This document shows positions 1-10,672 of a DNA stretch of 49,920 nucleotides, piece by piece. The translations under genes were made by a program, and so were the position numbers. The DNA is from Patescibacteria group bacterium (GTDB lineage: Bacteria; Patescibacteriota; Minisyncoccia; Phycocordibacterales; GWA1-40-21), in contig JAGWZI010000001.1 in the NCBI GenBank assembly GCA_018968925.1, positions 1 to 49,920 of the forward strand, in the 5' to 3' direction. Each line of letters opens with the position of its first letter. Positions within the stretch are counted from its first letter, which is position 1. Below the pieces are notes generated by a model. The model did no database searches, was not told the DNA's origin, and saw only the letters and a list, made by a program, of their open reading frames with translations.

Positions 1-400
1 GCCGGAACGGCAAGCGCATGAGACCGGAAATGAAATTGATGAGCGGGCGGAACGGGCCGACGATCGCGCCGAAATAGATCGTGCCGCTCGCGTAATTCTC
101 GAGATATTTCCGCACGCGGTAGAACGTGGCGTCCTTCCTGATGCGCAGGATGCGGAGGATGTCGTCGCCGAAACGGTACGTGAGCGAATATCCGAGGATG
201 TCGACGCCGATATTCGTAAAAAGGGCAATGGCCATGACGGCAAGCACGCTCATGTACCCTTGGCTTGCGAAGGCGCCGGCGACGAGGATGATCTCGTTCA
301 CCGGCACGGGCAGGATGAAGCCGGAGAGCACGATGAGAAAAAGCGCCGTGTATTTGTAGAGCACAAGGTAAGCCGTGAAGGTCGCAAAAAAGCTGATCAT
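1..400 (-). CDS. DedA/SNARE-associated family membrane protein (C-terminus runs off the window start)
   Basis: Hand translation of the minus strand from the ATG at 400..398 gives MISFFATFTAYLVLYKYTALFLIVLSGFILPVPVNEIILVAGAFASQGYMSVLAV... This is colinear with the adjacent DedA paralog. It is missing from the ORF track only because its stop lies outside the window. Confidence 0.7.
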   Translation of the reverse strand, partial: MISFFATFTAYLVLYKYTALFLIVLSGFILPVPVNEIILVAGAFASQGYMSVLAVMAIALFTNIGVDILGYSLTYRFGDDILRILRIRKDATFYRVRKYLENYASGTIYFGAIVGPFRPLINFISGLMRLPFR

Positions 401-431
401 GCGATTAAGTATATCAAAAAACCGCTCGCTC

Positions 432-1016
432 TCAATCTTTCCGCTTCCGGACAATCTTCCACGCGAGATATGCGATGAACGCCACCACGACGGCGGCGGT
501 AATGATCCAGATGTCGTTTGTGAAATCCTGCCAGTAATTGCCGAGGAAATATCCGGCAGAGGCGAAAAAGAGGAATGCGAGCGCATTGCCGAGAATATCG
601 GCAACAATGAATACTGCCGCCCGCACACCGATGATTCCCGCCACGAAATTCACGTACGGCGCGAACGGTCCGGCGATTCTCGTCAAAAATACCGTGCCGA
701 AGGCGTATGTGCGCAGACGCCGCTCGATCGCCATGAACTTGCCGTCCCACTTTTTTATCCATCGATCGAAAATGCGTTCCGCATAATGCCGGCAGAAATA
801 GAAGACGATGCAGTCGGTTGCGATATTCGCAATGATCGCATCGGCGATGACGCCCGTCAGGTTCAGGTATCCTTGGCTTGCGAAGGCGCCGGCCGCCACG
901 ATGACGATGTTCGTCGGGAGCGGCAGGATGAGCGCGGACGACGCAACGATGAGGGCGATCGCCCAATATTTGTAGAGAAGGACGAACGACAGAAATGTGG
1001 AAACAAAAGCAGTCAT
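432..1016 (-). CDS. DedA/SNARE-associated family membrane protein
   Basis: 194-aa ORF that is multi-TM and has DedA-like blocks (LPLPTNIVIVAAGAFASQGY, FLTRIAGPFAPYVNFVAGI). The antisense + strand ORFs here are Arg-rich junk. Confidence 0.8.
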   Translation of the reverse strand: MTAFVSTFLSFVLLYKYWAIALIVASSALILPLPTNIVIVAAGAFASQGYLNLTGVIADAIIANIATDCIVFYFCRHYAERIFDRWIKKWDGKFMAIERRLRTYAFGTVFLTRIAGPFAPYVNFVAGIIGVRAAVFIVADILGNALAFLFFASAGYFLGNYWQDFTNDIWIITAAVVVAFIAYLAWKIVRKRKD

Positions 1017-1420
1017 TGCGCGGTCGTGGTGGCAAAATACGCCGCGACGGCCTTCTGCGCCGCGACAACGAAGAGTTTCTGGTCAAGAGCGTGCGTTTTC
1101 GCGTAATGTCCGATCGACACGTTCGGATAGCCGCCGTCGGAAATCGCCAGATCGTTCTGCAGATATTCCGGCGGGAGCTTGAAGATCATGTTCACGTAGC
1201 CGAAGGTCATCCACGAGGCGACAAGGACGGCGTCTTTGGCGCCGAGCGGTCCGCGATGTTCGCCGACTTCCTGGGCAAACCGCTCTTTATAGGCATTGAT
1301 AAGATCGAGCCGCGAGATCCGCCGGTATTCCCGCACGCAAAAAACGGCAAGAAAGACGATCGTAATGAGCAAAACGATGACGAACGGCTTCGAGACCTCC
1401 TTTTTTTCTTTCATATGCAT
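1013..1420 (-). CDS. hypothetical protein with N-terminal membrane anchor
   Basis: 135-aa ORF with one N-terminal TM (PFVIVLLITIVFLAVFCV). Its stop overlaps the DedA start by 4 nt (1013..1016), which suggests translational coupling. I recognise no family. Confidence 0.5.
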   Translation of the reverse strand: MHMKEKKEVSKPFVIVLLITIVFLAVFCVREYRRISRLDLINAYKERFAQEVGEHRGPLGAKDAVLVASWMTFGYVNMIFKLPPEYLQNDLAISDGGYPNVSIGHYAKTHALDQKLFVVAAQKAVAAYFATTTAQ

Positions 1421-1559
1421 ATTCTACCACATTTTTTGCCTTGAAAAAAGAATGCATTCCCGATGAAAAAAACATATAATGGCGGGACAACCAGCGTGTT
1501 GCCAAAAATCCCGGAAGGGGTTTTTCATTGGTCTCATTTATCAGCATAATTTGGAAACA

Positions 1560-4226
<2,667 letters not shown>

Positions 4227-4233
4227 AATACAC

Positions 4234-4263
4234 AAAAAACGCCTTATTTTAAGGCGTTTTTTG
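4234..4263 (+). terminator. rho-independent terminator after ppdK
   Basis: aaaaaacgcctta-ttt-taaggcgtttttt: a perfect stem flanked by an A-run and a T-run, 8 nt after the ppdK stop. Confidence 0.8.
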
Positions 4264-4281
4264 TTATCCACAGTTTTACCT

Positions 4282-4311
4282 TTGACAGGTGAACTATCGT
4301 TCACCTATAAT
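4282..4311 (+). promoter_or_regulatory. sigma70-type promoter of the small-ORF/lexA operon
   Basis: TTGACA (4282..4287), an 18-nt spacer, then TATAAT (4306..4311), 28 nt upstream of the ATG at 4340. Confidence 0.65.
4288..4305. promoter_or_regulatory. LexA operator (Cheo-box type, GAAC-N4-GTTC)
   Basis: Perfect inverted repeat GGTGAAC-TATC-GTTCACC that fills the promoter spacer. It contains the Gram-positive-type SOS box core GAAC-N4-GTTC and sits directly upstream of a lexA operon. Confidence 0.65.
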
Positions 4312-4339
4312 ATAGGCATACAAAACTAATCAAAACATT

Positions 4340-4555
4340 ATGAGCAAACTGGCACTCGAAAAAACGATCCGCGACGAGCTGAAAAAGCTGAACGACGCGA
4401 TCGATGTGAAGGTCATTCGCGGCCTTTCCTACCGGCGGGAAGCCCTGCGGCACCGTTTCCTCCTTTCCCGCCTGTCCGACCTCCACCGCCCGGCAAAGTT
4501 CGCCGCCGGCTGGCTTGAACGCTCGCTTTCGAACATCGCGATGATGCTCCTCTGA
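4340..4555 (+). CDS. small hypothetical protein, first gene of the lexA operon
   Basis: 71-aa ORF with host-like GC. Its stop at 4555 is 1 nt before the lexA ATG at 4557. I recognise no family. Confidence 0.5.
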   Translation: MSKLALEKTIRDELKKLNDAIDVKVIRGLSYRREALRHRFLLSRLSDLHRPAKFAAGWLERSLSNIAMMLL

Positions 4556-4556
4556 T

Positions 4557-5114
4557 ATGGACTACAAGGAAAAAATCCTCGGTTTCTATGGCAAGAACGG
4601 CCGCATGCCGGTCTATACCGAGATGATGAAGCTTTTCGGTTTCAAGTCGAAAAATGCCGTCTTCAAGATCGTTCAAAAGCTCGTTGATGAAGGTATCATG
4701 ACAAAAGACGCGAAAGGTTTTCTTATCCCGGCAAAAACATTCGGCGATATTCCCTATCTCGGCCTTGTCGAAGCCGGCTTTCCCACCATGGTCGATGCTC
4801 TGACCGACCGCATGAATCTCGAGGAATACCTCGTGCCGGACAAATCATCGAGCTATATCCTCGAAGTCAAAGGCGATTCGATGATCGACGAAGGCATTCG
4901 CGAAGGCGATCTTGTCATTGCCGAACGCAAGAAAGAGCCGAAAGACGGCGATATCGTCATTGCCTATGTCGACGGCGGTTGGACGATGAAATTCCTGCGC
5001 AAGCAGGCCGGCAAGACCTGGCTCGAACCGGCAAACAAGAACTACAAGCCGATCTACCCGAAACACGACCTCCAGATCGCCGCGGTGGTGAAAAGCGTGA
5101 TCAGGAAGTATTAA
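4557..5114 (+). CDS. lexA: LexA repressor (S24 peptidase family)
   Basis: 185 aa with an N-terminal winged-HTH region and a cleavage-site-like VEAGFP. The S24 catalytic blocks are present: VKGDSM (Ser) and GWTMKFL (Lys). Confidence 0.9.
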   Translation: MDYKEKILGFYGKNGRMPVYTEMMKLFGFKSKNAVFKIVQKLVDEGIMTKDAKGFLIPAKTFGDIPYLGLVEAGFPTMVDALTDRMNLEEYLVPDKSSSYILEVKGDSMIDEGIREGDLVIAERKKEPKDGDIVIAYVDGGWTMKFLRKQAGKTWLEPANKNYKPIYPKHDLQIAAVVKSVIRKY

Positions 5115-5138
5115 AAATTATTAGATAATAAAAAAACT

Positions 5139-5669
5139 ATGTCAGAAGATTGGTATACAATAACAGGTGGAATTGATTCTAATGTTGCACAAAATTTAAT
5201 GACTTATGTTAATGGTCGAATTTATAATTCTGATATAAAAAAAATAAGAGTATTAATATCATCAACTGGTGGTGATGTGGATTCTGCAATTAGAATATAT
5301 TCGTATCTCAAAGCCTTACCCTTTGAAGTTGAAACTATTGCTTTAAGTCAAATCGATTCTGCTGCAAATATTATCTATGTTGCGGGGCAACAAAGAATAG
5401 CGATAAAAGGATGTCGTTTTTTCCTACATGAAGGAACATTTACAACTGGAGCACAAACAACAACATTACATAATCACGAGGAGGCATTGCTTATATTTAA
5501 AGAATTATTAAAAAAACATATAAATATTCTTGCGAAAGAAACTAGTAAAAAAGAAGAAGATATAAATAAATTATTACAAACAAGTACCATAATGGATGCG
5601 GAAAAAGCAAAAGAATTTGGTTTCGTTCATGAAATTTTAGAAAAACTTCCTTTTAAAAAACAAGTCTAG
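5139..5669 (+). CDS. ClpP/S14-fold serine protease-like protein (laterally acquired, AT-rich)
   Basis: 176 aa with by-eye ClpP alignment: ISSTGGDV (NSPGG loop), SQIDSAAN (GxAASMG, Ser kept), FFLHEG (IHQP, His kept), MDAEKAKEFGFVHEI (C-terminal ClpP block). G+C is about 30% against about 57% in the flanks. Confidence 0.75.
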   Translation: MSEDWYTITGGIDSNVAQNLMTYVNGRIYNSDIKKIRVLISSTGGDVDSAIRIYSYLKALPFEVETIALSQIDSAANIIYVAGQQRIAIKGCRFFLHEGTFTTGAQTTTLHNHEEALLIFKELLKKHINILAKETSKKEEDINKLLQTSTIMDAEKAKEFGFVHEILEKLPFKKQV

Positions 5670-7582
5670 AGTAATGAATCCAGCAACCGCTTGATCGGCA
5701 CGGTGGCGACGCCGACGACATCGTCAGCGCCGCCGTAGTAAACAAAGAGCGTCTCGTGACAGAGGACGGCGCCGCACGGAAAAACGACGTTCACGTGCTC
5801 GCCGGCCTTTTCATACGGCTCATCCGGTTCGAATATTGGTGCGTTCGCCCGGGCGACGATGCGCCGCGGGTCCTTCTTGTCGAGAAGCGCAATGCCGAGA
5901 CGATAGGTATGATGGTTCGACGAGACGCCGTGATAGAGCATGAGCCAGCCTTTCTCGGTCTTGATCGGCGGCGCGGTCAGACCGACCTTGTCCCCATCCC
6001 ATGCGCCCTGCCGCGGCATCATGATGGGCGTCGCGCGGGTCAGGAGAAGGTTGCGGAAATCAAGTTCATTGATGCCGTCGGCGCAGATATTCGAATTGAC
6101 GCGATGCAAAATGAGAAAATCCCTGCCGATCTTTTCCGGAAAGACGCAAGCATCCTTGTCATCGATGCCGGGCGGCGAGATCAGGAACGGTTTCGTCCAA
6201 TTCCACCGCTTCGCCAAAAAATCCTCGAGATAGATCGACGTGAGCGCCACGCGCGGCGGATTCGACCCGTCGTACGCCGTGTAGCACATGTAGATCACGT
6301 CGCCGATCCGGGTAAGACGGGGATCCTCGCAACCGGAATTGCCGGGATGCGTCTTCATCTCGAACGGCTCGCGCGGCAGGTATACGGGCGCATTGTCACG
6401 CTCAGCGATCGTGAAGCCGTCGTGCGTCGCCGCATAACCGAAGGTTGAGGTGAAATCATCCGACATCGCGCGATAGATGATGTGCGTCGTGCCGTCGATG
6501 CGGATAGCGGCGGGATTGAAGACGCCGTGCTTTTCCCACAGGACGCCCGGCCGCGGCCCGAGGATCGGATTGCCGAAGTAGCGCGGCATGTATGTCTTCA
6601 TTGCGTCCGGCCGCATGGCAAAGAGCAGGTTATCGAGCCTGACCGACGCCTTGCAGCAATACGTATCCGCGCCGCCGTAATAAATATCGAGCATATCGCC
6701 CGTGAGAAGCGCTCCGGACGGAAAAATGACGTCTTTGACCTGTCCCTCGCGCTCATAAACCTCTGTCGGCGAGAAGATCGGCCCGCGCGTTCTGCCGAGG
6801 ATCTTCATCGGATTCTCAAGATCGAGGAGAAGCGTCTCGGTGCCGAAGACGACCTGAAACGGATTGTTCTCTCGCCGATAGTTCTCGATATAGCTGTGCA
6901 CGAAAAGCCAGCCGTCTTTCGTTTTGAGCGGCGGAGCGCCGACCTCGATGTGGTCCGCCGGGAAACGGCGCGGATTGAAGACATGCGTGTCCACCTCGGC
7001 GTACCAGCGGCGCCAATACCCTTCATCCCAAATCTCCTCGATTCGGTCGAATTCGGCGAAGCAGATCTTCTCGTGCGGCGGCCGATCGGTATCGACGGAA
7101 AGGATCGCGACGATCTTGCCCTCGATCCGTTCGGGAAAAAGCACCATCGCTTTTGCGTTGAACGGCGTGACGATATGCTTCGCGGAAATATGGCGGAAAT
7201 CCTTCGTCACGGCGACGGCAACCTTGATACCGTCGGCATTGTACGGATAGTTTTCAAGCGCCGTGTAGAAAATGTAGTAATTTCCTTCGAAAAAACAAAC
7301 GCGCGGATCCTCGCAGCCGTAGCGTTCCCATGCGTATTCGGGAAAGACGAGTTGGCGCCGATCCTTGAAATCCGTGCCGGTCATGCTTTTCGCGTAGCCG
7401 ATGGACGAGATGCTCACGCTCGTGCCGAAATACGTTTCGGTCGCCGACATAGCGCGATAGACGGCATGGATCGTCCGCCCTGAACGGATCGGACACCAGT
7501 TGAACGTCGCTTTCCCTTCCCAGGGTTCTTCCGTGTTCGGCGAGATGATCGGATTGTGCGGAGAGCGTTTGACGGTAAACAT
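5666..7582 (-). CDS. two-module GH130-family glycoside phosphorylase/hydrolase-like protein
   Basis: 638 aa. The signature set occurs twice: HNPIISP...GCEDPRV...IYYGGADT in the N-half and GNPILGP...GCEDPRL...VYYGGADD in the C-half. This is typical of beta-mannoside phosphorylase-type 5-bladed propellers (DUF377/GH130). Confidence 0.85.
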   Translation of the reverse strand: MFTVKRSPHNPIISPNTEEPWEGKATFNWCPIRSGRTIHAVYRAMSATETYFGTSVSISSIGYAKSMTGTDFKDRRQLVFPEYAWERYGCEDPRVCFFEGNYYIFYTALENYPYNADGIKVAVAVTKDFRHISAKHIVTPFNAKAMVLFPERIEGKIVAILSVDTDRPPHEKICFAEFDRIEEIWDEGYWRRWYAEVDTHVFNPRRFPADHIEVGAPPLKTKDGWLFVHSYIENYRRENNPFQVVFGTETLLLDLENPMKILGRTRGPIFSPTEVYEREGQVKDVIFPSGALLTGDMLDIYYGGADTYCCKASVRLDNLLFAMRPDAMKTYMPRYFGNPILGPRPGVLWEKHGVFNPAAIRIDGTTHIIYRAMSDDFTSTFGYAATHDGFTIAERDNAPVYLPREPFEMKTHPGNSGCEDPRLTRIGDVIYMCYTAYDGSNPPRVALTSIYLEDFLAKRWNWTKPFLISPPGIDDKDACVFPEKIGRDFLILHRVNSNICADGINELDFRNLLLTRATPIMMPRQGAWDGDKVGLTAPPIKTEKGWLMLYHGVSSNHHTYRLGIALLDKKDPRRIVARANAPIFEPDEPYEKAGEHVNVVFPCGAVLCHETLFVYYGGADDVVGVATVPIKRLLDSLL

Positions 7583-9496
7583 TTAGGCGATGACGACTTT
7601 GCTGATAATGGGAACGATCGGCCGGTCGCGCTTGAGAGCGTCCAGAAATTCCTTCATCGGCGCGGTCGCCACGCAGACGTGCTTGTCTCCCCCGCCGTAA
7701 TAAATGAAGAGCGTGCCGTCCTTTTCGACCGCGCCGCAGGAATAGACGATGCCGGGCTTCCATTCGTTCTCGTACCATTCGGTCGGTTCGAGAATCGGCA
7801 CTGACGACCGCGCAATGACGCGCGTCGGATCGTCGAGATCGAGCAGGAGCGCGCCGACCTTGTATTTGCCCATCTCGGCGTCATGCGCCTGATACAGAAG
7901 CAGCCAGCCTTCGTCCGTTTTTACGGGCGACGGACCGGGCGCCTTCATGCGGATATGCCAGGCGATCGGCCGGTTGGGCATTTTCAGCGGATCGGGGCTG
8001 TGGAAGTTCGGATCGGTGATACCGGCAAGCTCCATGCTGTCGAAATATTCGACCATGACGCGGTCGGTCTCTTTGGAATGGAGGTTATGGAACATGGCAT
8101 ATCTGCCGTTTATTTTTTCCGGAAAGAGCACCCAGTTCTTGTGTCTGCCGACTGGCGACAGAAAACGCATTGGCGCCCAATTCCACCGCTTCGCCAGAAA
8201 ATCATCGACCGAGATCGACACCATCCCGATGCGGATATTGTCCCAGTTGTCGAACGCGTTGAACGTGAGATAGACACGGTCACCGATCTTCGTCACGCGC
8301 GGATCCTCGCAGCCGCCCCAGCTGCCGCCCGACGGATATCTGACCGGATCGAACTTTCGTTCCGTCACCGGCCGGAGGCCGTATGCCGAATATTCGAGCG
8401 CAAAGACCGGCTCGGGATGGATCTCGTCGATATGGATGCCGTCGGTCGTCCGCGCATAGCCGATCCGCGAAACGCCGTCCGGGCCCATGGCGCGGAAGAG
8501 GAGATGGATGACGCCGCCGATATTCACCGCGGCGGGATTGAGCGTCGCTTCCGATCCCCACCATCGGCCCTTTTGCGGCGCGATGATGGGATTTTTTGCG
8601 CTGCGTTTGACAAGACGAGACGCTTTTCGCACCGGCGATTTTGAAAACGGGGTAAAAAGCGAACACGACTGGATGCCGCCATGTTCCGAATACCAGTAAA
8701 TGAGCGCCGTATCATCGGCAAAAACGGCACCGACGGAGCGGAGGTCCGCATGATACGGCACCGTCTTTTCAAAAATCGGATGATCGGCCCGCCAGATGAC
8801 CTTTTGGGGATCGGACGGCGAAATGAGCGCCGCTCCGACCTGAAGCTTCACCTGATCGCCGTCTCGCACGGACGCATCGTAGAGAATGATTGTTCCCTTC
8901 TCGCAATGTTCCGCGCCAAGGAATTTCATATCACCATGATCAAAAAATCCCGGACGGGGTTTGAGCACGGGATCCTTTCTCTTCGTCCAATCAAGCGCGT
9001 TCTTTGCAGATGCCGTCCAGATCAACGACTCGCCAAAATACATAACCCGTTCGTTGCGGATCGAGCCGTCGGAAACGATACCGCCGCGTTCATGGATACC
9101 TGTCGCCGCACCGCGCACCCACCACTCGTGTCCCCGTTTATGTTCGGCGATCATAAGCTTGGCTGTCGGACCGGAACCGTATGTAAACACGATCACTTCC
9201 TTCGCGCCGACCCGAGCCGAGACAATATTATTGACATGGGCGAGCGAAAATTTCGGCGTCACCGCATGGGCGATGATCACGCGTTTCGCACTGTTCGCCG
9301 AAAAATGCACGAGGGATTGTTTTGCATTCGAGAGAAGGAAGATGGCGTGCGGATCGCTGCGCACACGGCAGAACATGGACAGTTTCTTTCCATCCTCCCA
9401 AAAACCGAGGGGTTCGAGACTATCAACGGTGTGTGTAACAGTTTTTTTCATGGGCATCGCAAAAAACAAAAAACAAGGTGCAAAGCGCCTTTTCAT
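7583..9496 (-). CDS. GH130-family protein, canonical C-terminal module plus divergent N-terminal module
   Basis: The C-half carries KNPIIAP...GCEDPRV...IYYGGGDK and is a paralog of the downstream gene. Its stop abuts the next gene's ATG (7583/7582). The start is uncertain: ATGs at 9496, 9457 or 9451. Confidence 0.8.
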   Translation of the reverse strand: MKRRFAPCFLFFAMPMKKTVTHTVDSLEPLGFWEDGKKLSMFCRVRSDPHAIFLLSNAKQSLVHFSANSAKRVIIAHAVTPKFSLAHVNNIVSARVGAKEVIVFTYGSGPTAKLMIAEHKRGHEWWVRGAATGIHERGGIVSDGSIRNERVMYFGESLIWTASAKNALDWTKRKDPVLKPRPGFFDHGDMKFLGAEHCEKGTIILYDASVRDGDQVKLQVGAALISPSDPQKVIWRADHPIFEKTVPYHADLRSVGAVFADDTALIYWYSEHGGIQSCSLFTPFSKSPVRKASRLVKRSAKNPIIAPQKGRWWGSEATLNPAAVNIGGVIHLLFRAMGPDGVSRIGYARTTDGIHIDEIHPEPVFALEYSAYGLRPVTERKFDPVRYPSGGSWGGCEDPRVTKIGDRVYLTFNAFDNWDNIRIGMVSISVDDFLAKRWNWAPMRFLSPVGRHKNWVLFPEKINGRYAMFHNLHSKETDRVMVEYFDSMELAGITDPNFHSPDPLKMPNRPIAWHIRMKAPGPSPVKTDEGWLLLYQAHDAEMGKYKVGALLLDLDDPTRVIARSSVPILEPTEWYENEWKPGIVYSCGAVEKDGTLFIYYGGGDKHVCVATAPMKEFLDALKRDRPIVPIISKVVIA

Positions 9497-9585
9497 TGCA
9501 ATTATACGATATTCTCTTTTCGGCGCAAATTATGGAAAGTGAACATTCGTCTTTATCACAAAAAACCGCTATAATCAGAAGCATT

Positions 9586-10347
9586 ATGAAAAAAGCGGTC
9601 GTATTCGATGTCGACGGAACCCTGTCGGAAAGCAAGGAACCGGTAGATCCTGTTACGGCAAACCTGCTATATCAGCTTCTCGCCAAGAAAAAGGTCGGCA
9701 TCATTTCCGGCGGCGGTCTTGCGCAGATGAAAAAACAAGTTCTCGACCATCTGCCTGCCGATGCCGACAGATTCGAAAATCTCTTTCTTTTTCCGGAAAA
9801 AGGCGGAGCGATGTATTGTTGGAACGGCGATGATTGGGCGCGAATCTACGAAAAACCGCTCGCTCCCGAAGACCGGAATGCGATTCGGACGGCGTTCAAA
9901 AAGGTCTCGACCGGGGTCGATTTTCTGCCGTCGGAACATTTCGGTCCCGTGTTCGAGGATCTCGGCGCGGAAGTCACCTTCTCTGCGCTCGGCCAGCACG
10001 CTCCGATCATGGAAAAAAAGCCCTGGGACCCGGATGCAAAAAAACGCGAACGCCTGAAAGCGCTTCTTGAACCGCTTCTGCCCGATTTTGAAATCGAGAT
10101 CGGCGGCACCACATCCATCAATATCACGAAGAAGGGCGTGGACAAGGCGTTCGCGCTCGAGGAATTCTGCCGACGCGAGCATCTTTCGATCGCGGATGTC
10201 CTCTATATTGGCGATGCCATTTATCCCGGCGGCAATGATTTTTCCGTCACCCGAACCGGCGTGGACACCGCAATCGTGAAAGATTATAATGAGACAAAAG
10301 CTATCATCCGGAAAATAATCGAAGGTGCATATGAAAATGAAATATGA
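9586..10347 (+). CDS. HAD-IIB phosphomannomutase-like protein (eukaryotic-type PMM family)
   Basis: From the ATG at 9586 it reads MKKAVVFDVDGTLSESKEPVDP (DxDGT nucleophile motif). It has a late GDAIYPGGNDFSV block like the PMM GDKTxxGGND. The upstream part of the 9478 ORF is AT-rich leader. Confidence 0.75.
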   Translation: MKKAVVFDVDGTLSESKEPVDPVTANLLYQLLAKKKVGIISGGGLAQMKKQVLDHLPADADRFENLFLFPEKGGAMYCWNGDDWARIYEKPLAPEDRNAIRTAFKKVSTGVDFLPSEHFGPVFEDLGAEVTFSALGQHAPIMEKKPWDPDAKKRERLKALLEPLLPDFEIEIGGTTSINITKKGVDKAFALEEFCRREHLSIADVLYIGDAIYPGGNDFSVTRTGVDTAIVKDYNETKAIIRKIIEGAYENEI

Positions 10348-10672
10348 CAAGCGCCCGTGGGGCGAGGAAGAAATCTTCACGATGAACGAGCGGACAACCG
10401 TGAAAATCCTGACCGTGAATCCAGGCGAGGCGTGTTCCTTGCAATATCACGAGCATCGGACGGAATTCTGGAAAATCATTGAAGGAAACCTGTCGGTCAT
10501 CATCGGCAAGGCAACGATAGCCGCAAAGCTTGGCGATGAATTTGAGGTTCAGCCGAAAACGAACCACCGTCTCATCGGCGGCACGAAACCTGCCAAAATT
10601 CTCGAGATTTCATTCGGCGATTTCGATGAGAGCGACATCGTCCGGCTCGAGGACAGGTACGGAAGGAAATGA
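10325..10672 (+). CDS. cupin-domain protein, type II mannose-6-phosphate isomerase-like
   Basis: 115 aa with RPWG, SLQYHEHRTEFWKII and NHRL, which match the cupin domain of PMI/ManC C-termini. It overlaps the PMM-like gene's end. The start could be 10325, 10331 or 10337. Confidence 0.7.
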   Translation: MHMKMKYDKRPWGEEEIFTMNERTTVKILTVNPGEACSLQYHEHRTEFWKIIEGNLSVIIGKATIAAKLGDEFEVQPKTNHRLIGGTKPAKILEISFGDFDESDIVRLEDRYGRK

